Below are positions 46,162 to 54,622 of a DNA stretch of 64,000 bases, in pieces. The stretch covers positions 2,904,653-2,968,652 of the forward strand of contig OZ251457.1 of assembly GCA_965242565.1 (NCBI GenBank), given 5' to 3'. The stretch is from Dehalococcoidia bacterium. Lineage in GTDB: Bacteria > Chloroflexota > Dehalococcoidia > Bin125. The position numbers and the translations under genes are program-made. The notes beneath the pieces are model-generated. The model ran no database searches, was not told the origin of the DNA, and saw nothing but the letters and a program-made list of their open reading frames with translations. Numbering within the stretch: position 1 is the first letter of the stretch; the number at the start of each line of letters is the position of its first letter.

Positions 46162-47454
46162 CTAGAAGGCCAGCGGCGCCGGCTCGGCCTGGCCGCCCTC
46201 CAGACCCTGCGGCCACCAGTGGTCCTCCCAGCCTTCCTCGTCCCAGATGTGCTTGAGGTTGGGCAGCACCTCGCGGGCCGTCAGCTGGATGTTCGGGATC
46301 GCCAGTTCCTTGGGGATCGAGCCGAACTGGTTGAGGATCATCAGGTGCCCCACATGGAGCGTCTTGATCACTTCCTCGAGCTGCTCGGTGACCTGCTTGG
46401 GCGTGCCGGCGACGATGTTGCCCTCGCGGATCAGGTCGGCCCAGGTGATCTCCGAGTTGGCCTTGGAGGCCAGCATCTTCTCCTGGGTCTTCTCGCCCTT
46501 GAACTTGTCGGTGTCGCCGAAGACGGGCTTGAGGCCCTGGCTGCGGGTGAAGCCCTGCTCGATGGTGCGCACCGTGCGGTAGCCGGGCGGATCCGCGTAG
46601 CGCGGGTCGATGTGGAGCATCTTGTTGTAGAAGTACTCCGCGTGCGGCCCGAACTTGTCGGCCACTTCCTGCTCGCTCTCGCCGGTGGCGACCAGCTGGA
46701 GGAAGCCGGCCTGGTAGGGGTTCAGCGGCTTCTCGCGCTGCTGCATCGTCCGCCAGAACCCGTCCACGTTCTTCTGCCCGGCCTTGTAGCCCCCGTAGGA
46801 GAGGTAGCAGTAGACGTAGTTGTGCTCCGCGCACCACTCCCACGTCTCGACCGAGCCGCCGCCGGGGATCCAGACGGGTGGGTGCGGCTGCTGGATCGGG
46901 CGCGGCCAGATGTTGATGTAGCGCAGCTGGTTGTAGCGCCCGTTGTAGGAGAACATCTCGGGCCGCGTCCAGGCCTGCGTGATCACGTCGGCGGCTTCGT
47001 AGTACTTGTCGCGCAGGTGCGACGGGTTCGCGCCGTAGCAGAAGCAGTCGTCCATCGGCGTGCCGACCGGGAAGCCGGCGACCAGCCGCCCGCCCGAGAT
47101 GCAGTCGAGCATGGCGAACTCTTCGGCCACCCGCGTCGGCGGGTTGTAGAGCGCGATCGAGTTGCCCAGCACCACGATCGCCACATCCTTGGTGCGGCGG
47201 CAGAGGTTGGCCGCCATCAGGTTGGGCGAGGGCATCAGCCCGTAGGCGTTCTGGTGGTGCTCGTTGATGCAGATGCCGTCGTAGCCCGCCTCGGCGGCGG
47301 CCTCAAGCTCGTCCAGCCCGTCGTTGTACATCTGGTGCGCCTTGGCCGGATCGAACAGATCCGAGGGCACATCCACCCAGACCGAGTTGTGCTGCTCGGC
47401 GAAGTCGGGGGGCAGGTCCCGGTAGGGCATCAGGTGAAAGAATTCGAACTTCAC
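46162..47454 (-). CDS. LLM-class flavin-dependent oxidoreductase
   Basis: 430-aa ORF resembling luciferase-like monooxygenases. Confidence 0.7.
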   Translation of the reverse strand: MKFEFFHLMPYRDLPPDFAEQHNSVWVDVPSDLFDPAKAHQMYNDGLDELEAAAEAGYDGICINEHHQNAYGLMPSPNLMAANLCRRTKDVAIVVLGNSIALYNPPTRVAEEFAMLDCISGGRLVAGFPVGTPMDDCFCYGANPSHLRDKYYEAADVITQAWTRPEMFSYNGRYNQLRYINIWPRPIQQPHPPVWIPGGGSVETWEWCAEHNYVYCYLSYGGYKAGQKNVDGFWRTMQQREKPLNPYQAGFLQLVATGESEQEVADKFGPHAEYFYNKMLHIDPRYADPPGYRTVRTIEQGFTRSQGLKPVFGDTDKFKGEKTQEKMLASKANSEITWADLIREGNIVAGTPKQVTEQLEEVIKTLHVGHLMILNQFGSIPKELAIPNIQLTAREVLPNLKHIWDEEGWEDHWWPQGLEGGQAEPAPLAF

Positions 47455-47579
47455 AGGGGTCCTCCGCTCAGTCAGAGCCGTGTGCGGCCGCCGTCAGACA
47501 GCCGGCGCGTTGCGCGCAAGCTAGCGCCTGCAACCCCAGCCTGTCAAACAGCCCCGGTGGACGCAGCTCGCGCCCACCT

Positions 47580-47880
47580 CCGCCATCCCCGTCCCGCTCC
47601 ATCACTCCTGCCTCGTTCCGTCACTCCCGCCCCGCGCCGTCACTCCCGCCCTACTCCGTCATACCCGCGCTTGCCGCGGGTATCTCGCCGCCAACGCCAG
47701 GGGCCCCATTCCTCCGTCACTCCCGCCCTACTCCGTCATACCCGCGCTTGCCGCGGGTATCTCGCCGCCAACGCCAGGGGCCCCATTCCTCCGTCATTCC
47801 CGCCCCCTCCTCCCGTCATTCCCGCCCCCGAGCGGGAATCAGCCCCATCCCACCGCAGCCCTCCCCCAACCCCCTTCCGT
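47580..47880. repeat. ~300-bp array of the dispersed repeat family: two tandem ~66-bp units (each ccctactccgtcatacccgcgcttgccgcgggtatctcgccgccaacgccaggggccccattcctccgtcactcccg) flanked by further CCGTCAYTCCCGC sub-repeats
   Basis: A direct tandem duplication is visible at 47640..47770. No unique spacers are present, so this is not a CRISPR array. Confidence 0.8.
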
Positions 47881-48427
47881 CGCCCCCGACTTGATCCAGC
47901 GATAGCCCCGTCAGCCGCAGGTAGAGCGAATCCGGGCACAGCTCCAGGTCGTCCGACCATCCGACTGCGCCGTTTTCCGTGAGCCGCACCCGCTCGAAGA
48001 GCGAGCGCTCCCGCAACGCTGTGAACATGCCCAGCTCAAACAGATGCGAAACGTCGACCTCGCCGCTCGCGCCGTCGTCGTATTCGAGCCAGATGCGGCA
48101 GCCATCGCGGGCTTCAACCCTGACCGGCTTGGGCATGAACTGCGGCGCCGGTTCGGCGGCGTCCCAGATCGCCTCCTGCTCTGCGAGCGTTCGCCCCATT
48201 AGCTGGGCGTACAGCTCTTCGGCGACCAGGCGGATGCCCTCGCTCCAGACGACATCGCCATAGCCGTCGATCCGCACATCGCGGAAGAATGCGGCGTCGC
48301 TCCATGCGGCGTACTCGGCTCGACTCGCAAGCGGCGAGAGATCCACTTCGCCGCTCATCCCGTCGTCGAACTCAAGCCAGAGACGACAGCCGTCGTGCGC
48401 TTCCACCTTGGCCGGAATCGGATGCAT
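47816..48427 (-). CDS. protein with two tandem DUF2442-like domains; the C-terminal tail runs into the repeat array
   Basis: Two similar halves (VEAHDGCRLWLEFDDGMSGEVDLSPL... and VEARDGCRIWLEYDDGASGEVDVSHL...). The position of the true stop within the repeat array is uncertain. Confidence 0.55.
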   Translation of the reverse strand: MHPIPAKVEAHDGCRLWLEFDDGMSGEVDLSPLASRAEYAAWSDAAFFRDVRIDGYGDVVWSEGIRLVAEELYAQLMGRTLAEQEAIWDAAEPAPQFMPKPVRVEARDGCRIWLEYDDGASGEVDVSHLFELGMFTALRERSLFERVRLTENGAVGWSDDLELCPDSLYLRLTGLSLDQVGGDGRGLGEGCGGMGLIPARGRE

Positions 48428-48454
48428 GCCCCCAGCCTACCCGCCGCTCCCTCG

Positions 48455-50440
48455 TCAGGCGTAGTCCGGGTGCGTCGTGTCCAGCCAGCTGTCGTCGTAG
48501 CGGTGGCTCGCGTGGGCGAACTGGTAGACATCCGGCGAGTTGTTCACGTAAGGCCACTCCACCTGCGGCGAGATCGCGTTCATCACCGAGGGCTGGCCGG
48601 TCATCCCCTCCACGCCGTGGTCGGGATGCACGCCGAGGAAGATGCGCAGCAGCTCGCTCGCCGTCTCCTTGCGCTTCTCCACATCCAGCTCGCTCTTCAT
48701 GCCGACGATCAGCTCTTCCGCCGGCGGGTAGTTGTACTGCGAGAAGTTCGAGCTGCCGCCCACCACGTGCGTGATGTTCCACTCGCCGGTCGGATCCAGA
48801 TCCTGCGGCGGGTTCGTCCAGGCCGGCGTCTGCCCCGGATGCGTGCCCTCCAGCAGCCGCTGGAGGATCACCGTGTAGGGCTGGATGTCCATCGACAGCT
48901 CAACGTCGAGCGCCTGCTCGTACATCGCCTTCACCGTCTCGGTGATGCCGGGGTAGGTCTGTTCCCAGACATCGGGCGTGATCCAGAAGAACGTGCGGCT
49001 GCCCGGCTCCACGCCCGCCGCGCTCATCAGATCGCGCGCCATCTTGATGTCCGCGTCCCGATCCACCCGGTAGCCCGGCCAGGTCGCCAGCTCGTCCTCC
49101 GGCACGGTCCAGGCCTGGTTGAACCACGGCGCCTGGGCGATCGCCGAGATTTTCGCCGAGCCGAGGTAGACCGTGTCGATCAGCGCGTACCGATCGGTCG
49201 CCACGTGGAAGGCGTAGGCCAGCCGCCGATCGGCCCAGGGGTTGCCCAGGCCGTCTTCGCCCTCCCACTCGGCGTTGAAGTTGTAGCGAATCTGGATCGT
49301 GAAGCCGAACGGCACATCGAACGACTGGTGATCCGGGAAGTCGGCCAGGATGCCTTCGACCTGGAGGCTGGAAAGCGGGAAGCCGCCGATGTCGATCCCG
49401 CGCCCCCGGTAGGCGGCGTCGACCGTCGTCGCGTCGAGCAGGTTGGTGAACTCCACCCGATCCATGTAGGGCAGCGGCCCGCCGTCGTCGCCCAGCTTCC
49501 AGTAGTTCGGGTTGACGTTGAGGTGTATCCCGATGTCGGGGTCGTAGATCTCCGGGATGTACGGGCCGGTGCCCGACGAGAGCTCGACGTTGGTCTGCTC
49601 GTCGCGCCAGCGGTTGCCGAACTCATCGATCGCCTCGGGCGACGTCATCCACGAGAACGGTCCCAGATGCACGCCCAGATACGTCGCGTCGGCCTGCGCG
49701 GTGGTGAACTTGATCGTGACGTCGTCGAGCACCTCGATCGTGTCCGTCTGCTGGTACTTGCTGGCCGAGAGGAACGAGGTGTCCTCCACGCCGTCCGCGT
49801 CGACCGAGTCGATCTGGCGCTGCGCGTTGTAGCGGATGTCCTCGGCGGTGACCGCGCGCCCGCCCTCGGTGGGGAACTGGTCCCAGAAGCGCGCGCCCTG
49901 ATCGACGCTGAAGATGTAGGTGGTGTCGTCGGGAATCTCCGGCAGCGAGGCGATGTCCGGTTCCATCACTCCCTGCTCCTTGTTGCGCCAGCGGATCAGG
50001 TAGTTCATGTAGAACCCCATCCAGAACTGGGTGGGGCCGAAGACGCCGCGGTGCGGGTCGAAGTAGTCGTGCGTCGCCGCCGGGGTGGAAAACCGCAGCG
50101 TGCCCCCGCGCACGATGTTCGAGGTTTCGGCGACGGTCTGTTCCTGCTGCTGTTGATCGTCGGCCGGAGCGTCCTGTCGGTCCGCCTGCTGCGCCTGCCG
50201 ATCGGCGGCCGCTTGCTGTTCCTGCTGCATCGCCTGCTGCTGCGCCGCGGGCTGCGCCTGCTGCTGTTGCCGCGCGCCCGTCTGGGCGGCGGCCTGTTGG
50301 TCGTCGTCGTCATCGTCGCCGCAGCCGACCAGCGCCAGCCCCGCTGCTCCCACGCCGGCCCGCCCCGAGGCGTGCAGCAGCGCGCGCCTGCTCATCCGCG
50401 ACCTGCGCATCCGCTGCCAGTAGTTCGGTCGTTCGTTCAT
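48455..50440 (-). CDS. ABC transporter substrate-binding protein, family 5 (peptide/nickel type), with an N-terminal Tat-like signal (RRALLH) and a Q/A-rich low-complexity linker
   Basis: Length and sequence pattern fit SBP_bac_5. No permease or ATPase genes are nearby in the window. Confidence 0.7.
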   Translation of the reverse strand: MNERPNYWQRMRRSRMSRRALLHASGRAGVGAAGLALVGCGDDDDDDQQAAAQTGARQQQQAQPAAQQQAMQQEQQAAADRQAQQADRQDAPADDQQQQEQTVAETSNIVRGGTLRFSTPAATHDYFDPHRGVFGPTQFWMGFYMNYLIRWRNKEQGVMEPDIASLPEIPDDTTYIFSVDQGARFWDQFPTEGGRAVTAEDIRYNAQRQIDSVDADGVEDTSFLSASKYQQTDTIEVLDDVTIKFTTAQADATYLGVHLGPFSWMTSPEAIDEFGNRWRDEQTNVELSSGTGPYIPEIYDPDIGIHLNVNPNYWKLGDDGGPLPYMDRVEFTNLLDATTVDAAYRGRGIDIGGFPLSSLQVEGILADFPDHQSFDVPFGFTIQIRYNFNAEWEGEDGLGNPWADRRLAYAFHVATDRYALIDTVYLGSAKISAIAQAPWFNQAWTVPEDELATWPGYRVDRDADIKMARDLMSAAGVEPGSRTFFWITPDVWEQTYPGITETVKAMYEQALDVELSMDIQPYTVILQRLLEGTHPGQTPAWTNPPQDLDPTGEWNITHVVGGSSNFSQYNYPPAEELIVGMKSELDVEKRKETASELLRIFLGVHPDHGVEGMTGQPSVMNAISPQVEWPYVNNSPDVYQFAHASHRYDDSWLDTTHPDYA

Positions 50441-50518
50441 GATCGTCTCCTCCGCGCCGCCGCCCGCAGCGGCATTTCACCGCGCAGCGTAATGATTTCC
50501 GAGCGGCCTCGTCGGGCG

Positions 50519-51013
50519 TCAGAGCGAATGGATGCTCAGCTCCGCATCGCCTACTGCACCGAAACGCTCGCGCAGACGCCGCGCGCGGAAGCGGAAGATC
50601 TCGTGCAGGCGCGGCACGACGAGATAGTGGGCGACGGGCGTGCTGAGCGGTTCCAGCGGCAGCGCCCAATGCACGATGTCGCTCGCCTCCACGCCGCGCT
50701 CCACCTCGCGGAAGAGGTGCTCGTGATGCCACAGCGCATAGGGGCCGAGCCGCTGCTCGTCGGCGAAGTACTCGCGCTCGCGCACCTGCGTGATCTCCGT
50801 CGCCCAGGGCACCTCCAGCCCCAGCAGAGGCGTCAGGCGGTAGGTGATCATCATCCCCGCATACGCCGCCCGTGCCGGCTCGCAGGTCAGCCGGAAGCGC
50901 ATGTCAGGCGGCGTGATCTCGACCAGATTGCGCGGATCGGAGAAGAACGACCACGCGGTGTCCAGCTCCGTCGTCAGCGTCTGGCGAGCTTCAAGGCGAA
51001 ACGGCATGCTCAC
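50519..51013 (-). CDS. SRPBCC-superfamily (polyketide cyclase/dehydrase-like) protein
   Basis: 164-aa ORF. Assignment is by recall of the fold family. It overlaps the menA start by 4 nt. Confidence 0.55.
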   Translation of the reverse strand: MSMPFRLEARQTLTTELDTAWSFFSDPRNLVEITPPDMRFRLTCEPARAAYAGMMITYRLTPLLGLEVPWATEITQVREREYFADEQRLGPYALWHHEHLFREVERGVEASDIVHWALPLEPLSTPVAHYLVVPRLHEIFRFRARRLRERFGAVGDAELSIHSL

Positions 51014-51921
51014 GCTCCTCCGATCAGCGCGCCCAGCGCCAGCAGCGCGCCCGCGATCAGGTGCAGCATCGCAGTTCGCTTCAGCACCGTGATCAGCGCC
51101 GCGCCGGTTGCGCCTCCCGCCACGGCGCGGCAGAGCGGGACCGCCAGCGGCGCGGCCGCCAGCCCCAGCGCCGTCCAGGCCGGCAGCACGCCTGTCGCCG
51201 CGAAGATCAGGATCGTTGCAAACGCCGCGCCCACCAGCAGCAGATACTCGGCGCGCGTGCCCCGCTCGCCCAGCATCACCGCCAGCGTGCGCTTGCCCGC
51301 AATCCGATCGGTCTCAATGTCGCGCAGGTTGTTGGCGACGAGTATCGCCGTCACGAGGCAGCCCACGGGAACGGAGGCCGCCGCCAACTCCCAGGTCAGC
51401 TCGCCGCTCTGCACGTAGCCGCTGCCCATCACCGCGACCACGCCGAAGAAGGCGAAGCAGATCACGTCGCCCAGCCCGTGGTACCCATACGGCCAGGGAC
51501 CGCCCGTGTAGGCCACCGCCGCGACACAGGAGGCCGCGCCCGCCGCCAGAATCGGCCAGCCCGCGGCGATCGTCAGAAAGACGCCGATCGCAATCGCGCC
51601 GCCGAAGACGGTGATCGCGCCCGCCAGCATCTCCCGCTCCGACAGCCAGCCCATCGCCACCGCGCGCGGCGGACCGAGCCGCTCCGGCGTGTCTGCGCCG
51701 CGCCGAAAGTCCGACAGATCGTTGGCGAAGTTGACGCCGATCTGGATCAGAATCGCCGCTGCCAGCACCTGGAAAAACAGCGCCGCGTCGAACGGCCCCT
51801 CGATCGTCGCCACCGCCGTCCCGACCAGCACCGGCGCCACTGCCGCCGGCAGCGTCGGCGGCCGCGCCGCCAACAGCCAAATTCGCCACAACGGCGGAGC
51901 GGGCGCGATCTGCGAGCTCAT
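51010..51921 (-). CDS. menA: 1,4-dihydroxy-2-naphthoate octaprenyltransferase (UbiA prenyltransferase family)
   Basis: Multi-TM protein with the UbiA-family Asp-rich motif NDLSDFRRGAD and a second motif DIETDRIAGKRT. Genomic context includes menB and ubiE/menG. Confidence 0.75.
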   Translation of the reverse strand: MSSQIAPAPPLWRIWLLAARPPTLPAAVAPVLVGTAVATIEGPFDAALFFQVLAAAILIQIGVNFANDLSDFRRGADTPERLGPPRAVAMGWLSEREMLAGAITVFGGAIAIGVFLTIAAGWPILAAGAASCVAAVAYTGGPWPYGYHGLGDVICFAFFGVVAVMGSGYVQSGELTWELAAASVPVGCLVTAILVANNLRDIETDRIAGKRTLAVMLGERGTRAEYLLLVGAAFATILIFAATGVLPAWTALGLAAAPLAVPLCRAVAGGATGAALITVLKRTAMLHLIAGALLALGALIGGA

Positions 51922-51947
51922 CCGATCTCCGTTGCGTGCACGCCGGC

Positions 51948-52148
51948 CTAGACCGTCTCGAATTGCAGCGACGAGAGGTCGAGCCGGTCCGAGCGCTTCG
52001 AGAGGTGCAGAATCTCAACACCGACGACTTGCCGCGCCTCGTTGAAGTCGAGCACCACGCCCGACGAGACCTCCTCCGACTCCACGATGGCGGAGTCGTC
52101 AAGGCGCAGATAGAGCGCGTCTGCTTCCCGGTCCACCCGCAGTTTCAT
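51948..52148 (-). CDS. small DUF2283-like protein
   Basis: 66-aa ORF with the pattern ADALYLRL...EVSSGVVLDFNEARQVVGVEIL. Confidence 0.45.
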   Translation of the reverse strand: MKLRVDREADALYLRLDDSAIVESEEVSSGVVLDFNEARQVVGVEILHLSKRSDRLDLSSLQFETV

Positions 52149-52194
52149 CGTTCCCCTCGCATCGCGCGATCCCCGCGTGCGCCTGCTTGCTGGC

Positions 52195-53046
52195 CTAGGG
52201 GAAGCGCTCGTAGCGGCTGAAGTCGGGCCGGCGCTTCTCCAGGAACGCGTTCTTTCCCTCCTTGGCCTCCTCGGACAGGTAGTAGAGCAGCGTCGAATCG
52301 CCCGCGAACATCTGCATTCCCGCCAGACCGTCCGTGTCCGCCACCAGCGCGCGCTTGATGAAGCGCAGCGCGGTCGGCGACATGCACAGGATCTCGCGGC
52401 AGTAGTTGACCGTCTCCTCCTCCAGACGCTCGACCGGGAAGACGGCGTTGGCCAGCCCCATCTCCCGCGCCTCCTCCGCGTCGTACTGACGGCACATGAA
52501 CCAGATCTCGCCGGCCTTTTTGTGCCCCACGATCCGCGCCAGCAGCATCGTGCCGTAGCCCGCGTCGAACGAGCCCACCTTGGGCCCCGTCTGGCCGAAG
52601 CGCGCGTTGTCGCCCGCGATCGTCATGTCGCAGACCGTCGCCAGCACGTTGCCGCCGCCGATCGCGTAGCCCGCCACCATCGCGATTACCGGCTTCGGAA
52701 TCGCCCGAATCTGCCGATGCAGATCCAGCACGTTCAGCCGCGGCACGCCGTCGTCGCCCACATACCCGCCGTCGCCGCGGATGCGCTGATCGCCGCCCGA
52801 GCAGAAGGCTTCCTTGCCCTCGCCGGTCAGGATGATTACCCCCACCGACTGATCCTCGTGTGCGGCGTGGAAGGCGTGCTGCAGCTCGAACAGCGTCTGC
52901 GGGCGAAAGGCGTTGCGCACCTCGGGGCGGGCGATCGTGATCTTGGCGATCCCCTCCGCCACGTCGTAGCGGATATCGCCGTAGTCCCCGCGCCGCTCCC
53001 AGGCGGGCAACCCGCTGCGTTCCACCGTCACCGTCGGATACGACAT
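52195..53046 (-). CDS. menB: 1,4-dihydroxy-2-naphthoyl-CoA synthase (crotonase fold)
   Basis: Strong MenB-like sequence throughout (FCSGGDQ, the GYAIGGGN oxyanion region, C-terminal tail). Confidence 0.85.
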   Translation of the reverse strand: MSYPTVTVERSGLPAWERRGDYGDIRYDVAEGIAKITIARPEVRNAFRPQTLFELQHAFHAAHEDQSVGVIILTGEGKEAFCSGGDQRIRGDGGYVGDDGVPRLNVLDLHRQIRAIPKPVIAMVAGYAIGGGNVLATVCDMTIAGDNARFGQTGPKVGSFDAGYGTMLLARIVGHKKAGEIWFMCRQYDAEEAREMGLANAVFPVERLEEETVNYCREILCMSPTALRFIKRALVADTDGLAGMQMFAGDSTLLYYLSEEAKEGKNAFLEKRRPDFSRYERFP

Positions 53047-53720
53047 CAGCTCTGCTCCTCTGCGTGCTCCGGCTCTGTGCGTTCTATGTTCAGCTCGATT
53101 CCGTCCTCAACGCCCGCGCCGCGCAGCGCCAGGCGTCGAATCTCCGCTTGCATGCGCTGGGGCTGCGTCCGAATCCGGCCGTCGGCCCACGCGCCGATCA
53201 TGCCCTGCGCCATCGCCACCCAGGCCCGCGCCGCCAACTCCGGATCGAGCGGCGCGATCCGACCCAGCGCCAGCGCGCGCTCCAGCTCGGGGCGCAGCAG
53301 CGCGGCGAACTCATCCTCGATCTGCGCCGCCTGCGCGCGAATCTCCGGCCCCGCTGCGAGCGCCTCGTTCAGCACCCGCGCCAGCGCGCGCCGGCCCGAG
53401 AGCCCCGCGAACAGCGCCGAAAGCGCCGCGTCGGCGCGCGCCAGCGGATCGTCGCCCGCCTGCTCCATCGCCGCCCGCACCCGCCGCTGCAGCAGCGCGC
53501 CCGCGCGCGACACCACCGCCGCCAACAGCGCCTGCTTCGTGGGGAAGTGGAAATACAGCCCGCCCTTCGAGGTCTCCGCCGCCCGCGCCACATCGTCCAT
53601 CCCGGCCCGCCCGAAGCCGCGCTCGGCGAACACCCGCGTCGCCGCGCGCAGCAGCAGCTCGCGCCGCTCCACGGCACGCGCCTGCTGCGGCGCTCGCGCC
53701 TCCGACTCCGCAACGACCAC
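53046..53720 (-). CDS. TetR/AcrR-family transcriptional regulator
   Basis: N-terminal HTH pattern [37 protein letters not shown]. Confidence 0.8.
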   Translation of the reverse strand: MVVAESEARAPQQARAVERRELLLRAATRVFAERGFGRAGMDDVARAAETSKGGLYFHFPTKQALLAAVVSRAGALLQRRVRAAMEQAGDDPLARADAALSALFAGLSGRRALARVLNEALAAGPEIRAQAAQIEDEFAALLRPELERALALGRIAPLDPELAARAWVAMAQGMIGAWADGRIRTQPQRMQAEIRRLALRGAGVEDGIELNIERTEPEHAEEQS

Positions 53721-53773
53721 GACCGAACCTCCGCAAAACCGACTCCCGCGTCGGTTTCCCTATCCTATCACCC

Positions 53774-54475
53774 GTGATCTCTCCCGCCGACCAACGCGCC
53801 CGCACCATCCAATCCATGTTCGGGCGGCTCGTGCCCCAATACGACCGCATGAACCGCGTGATGACGGCCGGTCTCGACGGACGCTGGCGGCGCCTCGCCG
53901 TGCGGGCCGCCAAGCCGCGCGGCGAGGCGGTGCTCGACCTCGGCGCGGGCACCGGCGACCTCTCGCGCGAGTTCCGCCGCGCCGGCGCGGCTCGCGTCGT
54001 CGGCGCGGACTTTTCCGCGCAGATGCTCCACCGCGCCCACCGCAAATTCGGCCCACAAACCGCCGACTGGCTCCAGGCCGACGCGCTGCGGCTGCCCTTT
54101 CCCGATGCCGCGTTCGACATCGCGGCCAGCGCTTTCGTTCTGCGCAACCTGGTCGACCTGCCGCGCGCCTTTGAGGAGATGCTGCGCGTCCTGCGCCCCG
54201 GCGGGCGGCTCGTCGCGCTCGACATCACCCACCCGCCCGACGACCTGCGCGGCCGCGTTCTGCGCCTCGGCTTCGAGCGGATCGTCACGCCCGCCGCCGG
54301 TCTGCTCAGCGGCGACCGCGACGCCTACCGCTATCTTCCCAACTCGCTTGCCGGCTACCCGACGGCGGATGACTTGGCCGAAATGCTGCGCGCCGCCGGC
54401 GCAGAGCAAGTCTCATACCAACGCCTCGCCGCCGGCGCCGTCGCCCTCCACACCGCCCACAAACCCTCTCGCTGA
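53774..54475 (+). CDS. ubiE: demethylmenaquinone / ubiquinone-menaquinone biosynthesis C-methyltransferase (UbiE/MenG family)
   Basis: SAM motif VLDLGAGTGD is present, and the sequence is UbiE-like N-terminal to it. Sits in the men cluster. Confidence 0.8.
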   Translation: MISPADQRARTIQSMFGRLVPQYDRMNRVMTAGLDGRWRRLAVRAAKPRGEAVLDLGAGTGDLSREFRRAGAARVVGADFSAQMLHRAHRKFGPQTADWLQADALRLPFPDAAFDIAASAFVLRNLVDLPRAFEEMLRVLRPGGRLVALDITHPPDDLRGRVLRLGFERIVTPAAGLLSGDRDAYRYLPNSLAGYPTADDLAEMLRAAGAEQVSYQRLAAGAVALHTAHKPSR

Positions 54476-54622
54476 CGAGCGATTCCTATCGCTCTCTGGA
54501 TAACGGCTTCAGTGAGTGCTTTGAGACAGCATGAGCGAGGAGGGCAGTCAGCGACAGAAGTGAGACGATTAGCTGCAATGGCAATGTGCGTCGCCATCCG
54601 ATGGATTGACAACGAAATCTCC

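Noticed and set aside
47580-47880. Possible CRISPR array
   Set aside because: The repeats are direct tandem copies of a 66-bp unit plus 13-bp boxes, with no unique spacers between them and no cas genes. They belong to the dispersed palindromic repeat family.
46045-54174. Very long alternative-frame ORFs (46045..47982 +, 48395..51418 +, 52177..54174 +) across the LLM, SBP, men and TetR genes
   Set aside because: Each lies antisense to or out of frame with multiple independently recognisable genes. Compositions are Arg/Leu/Gly-rich.
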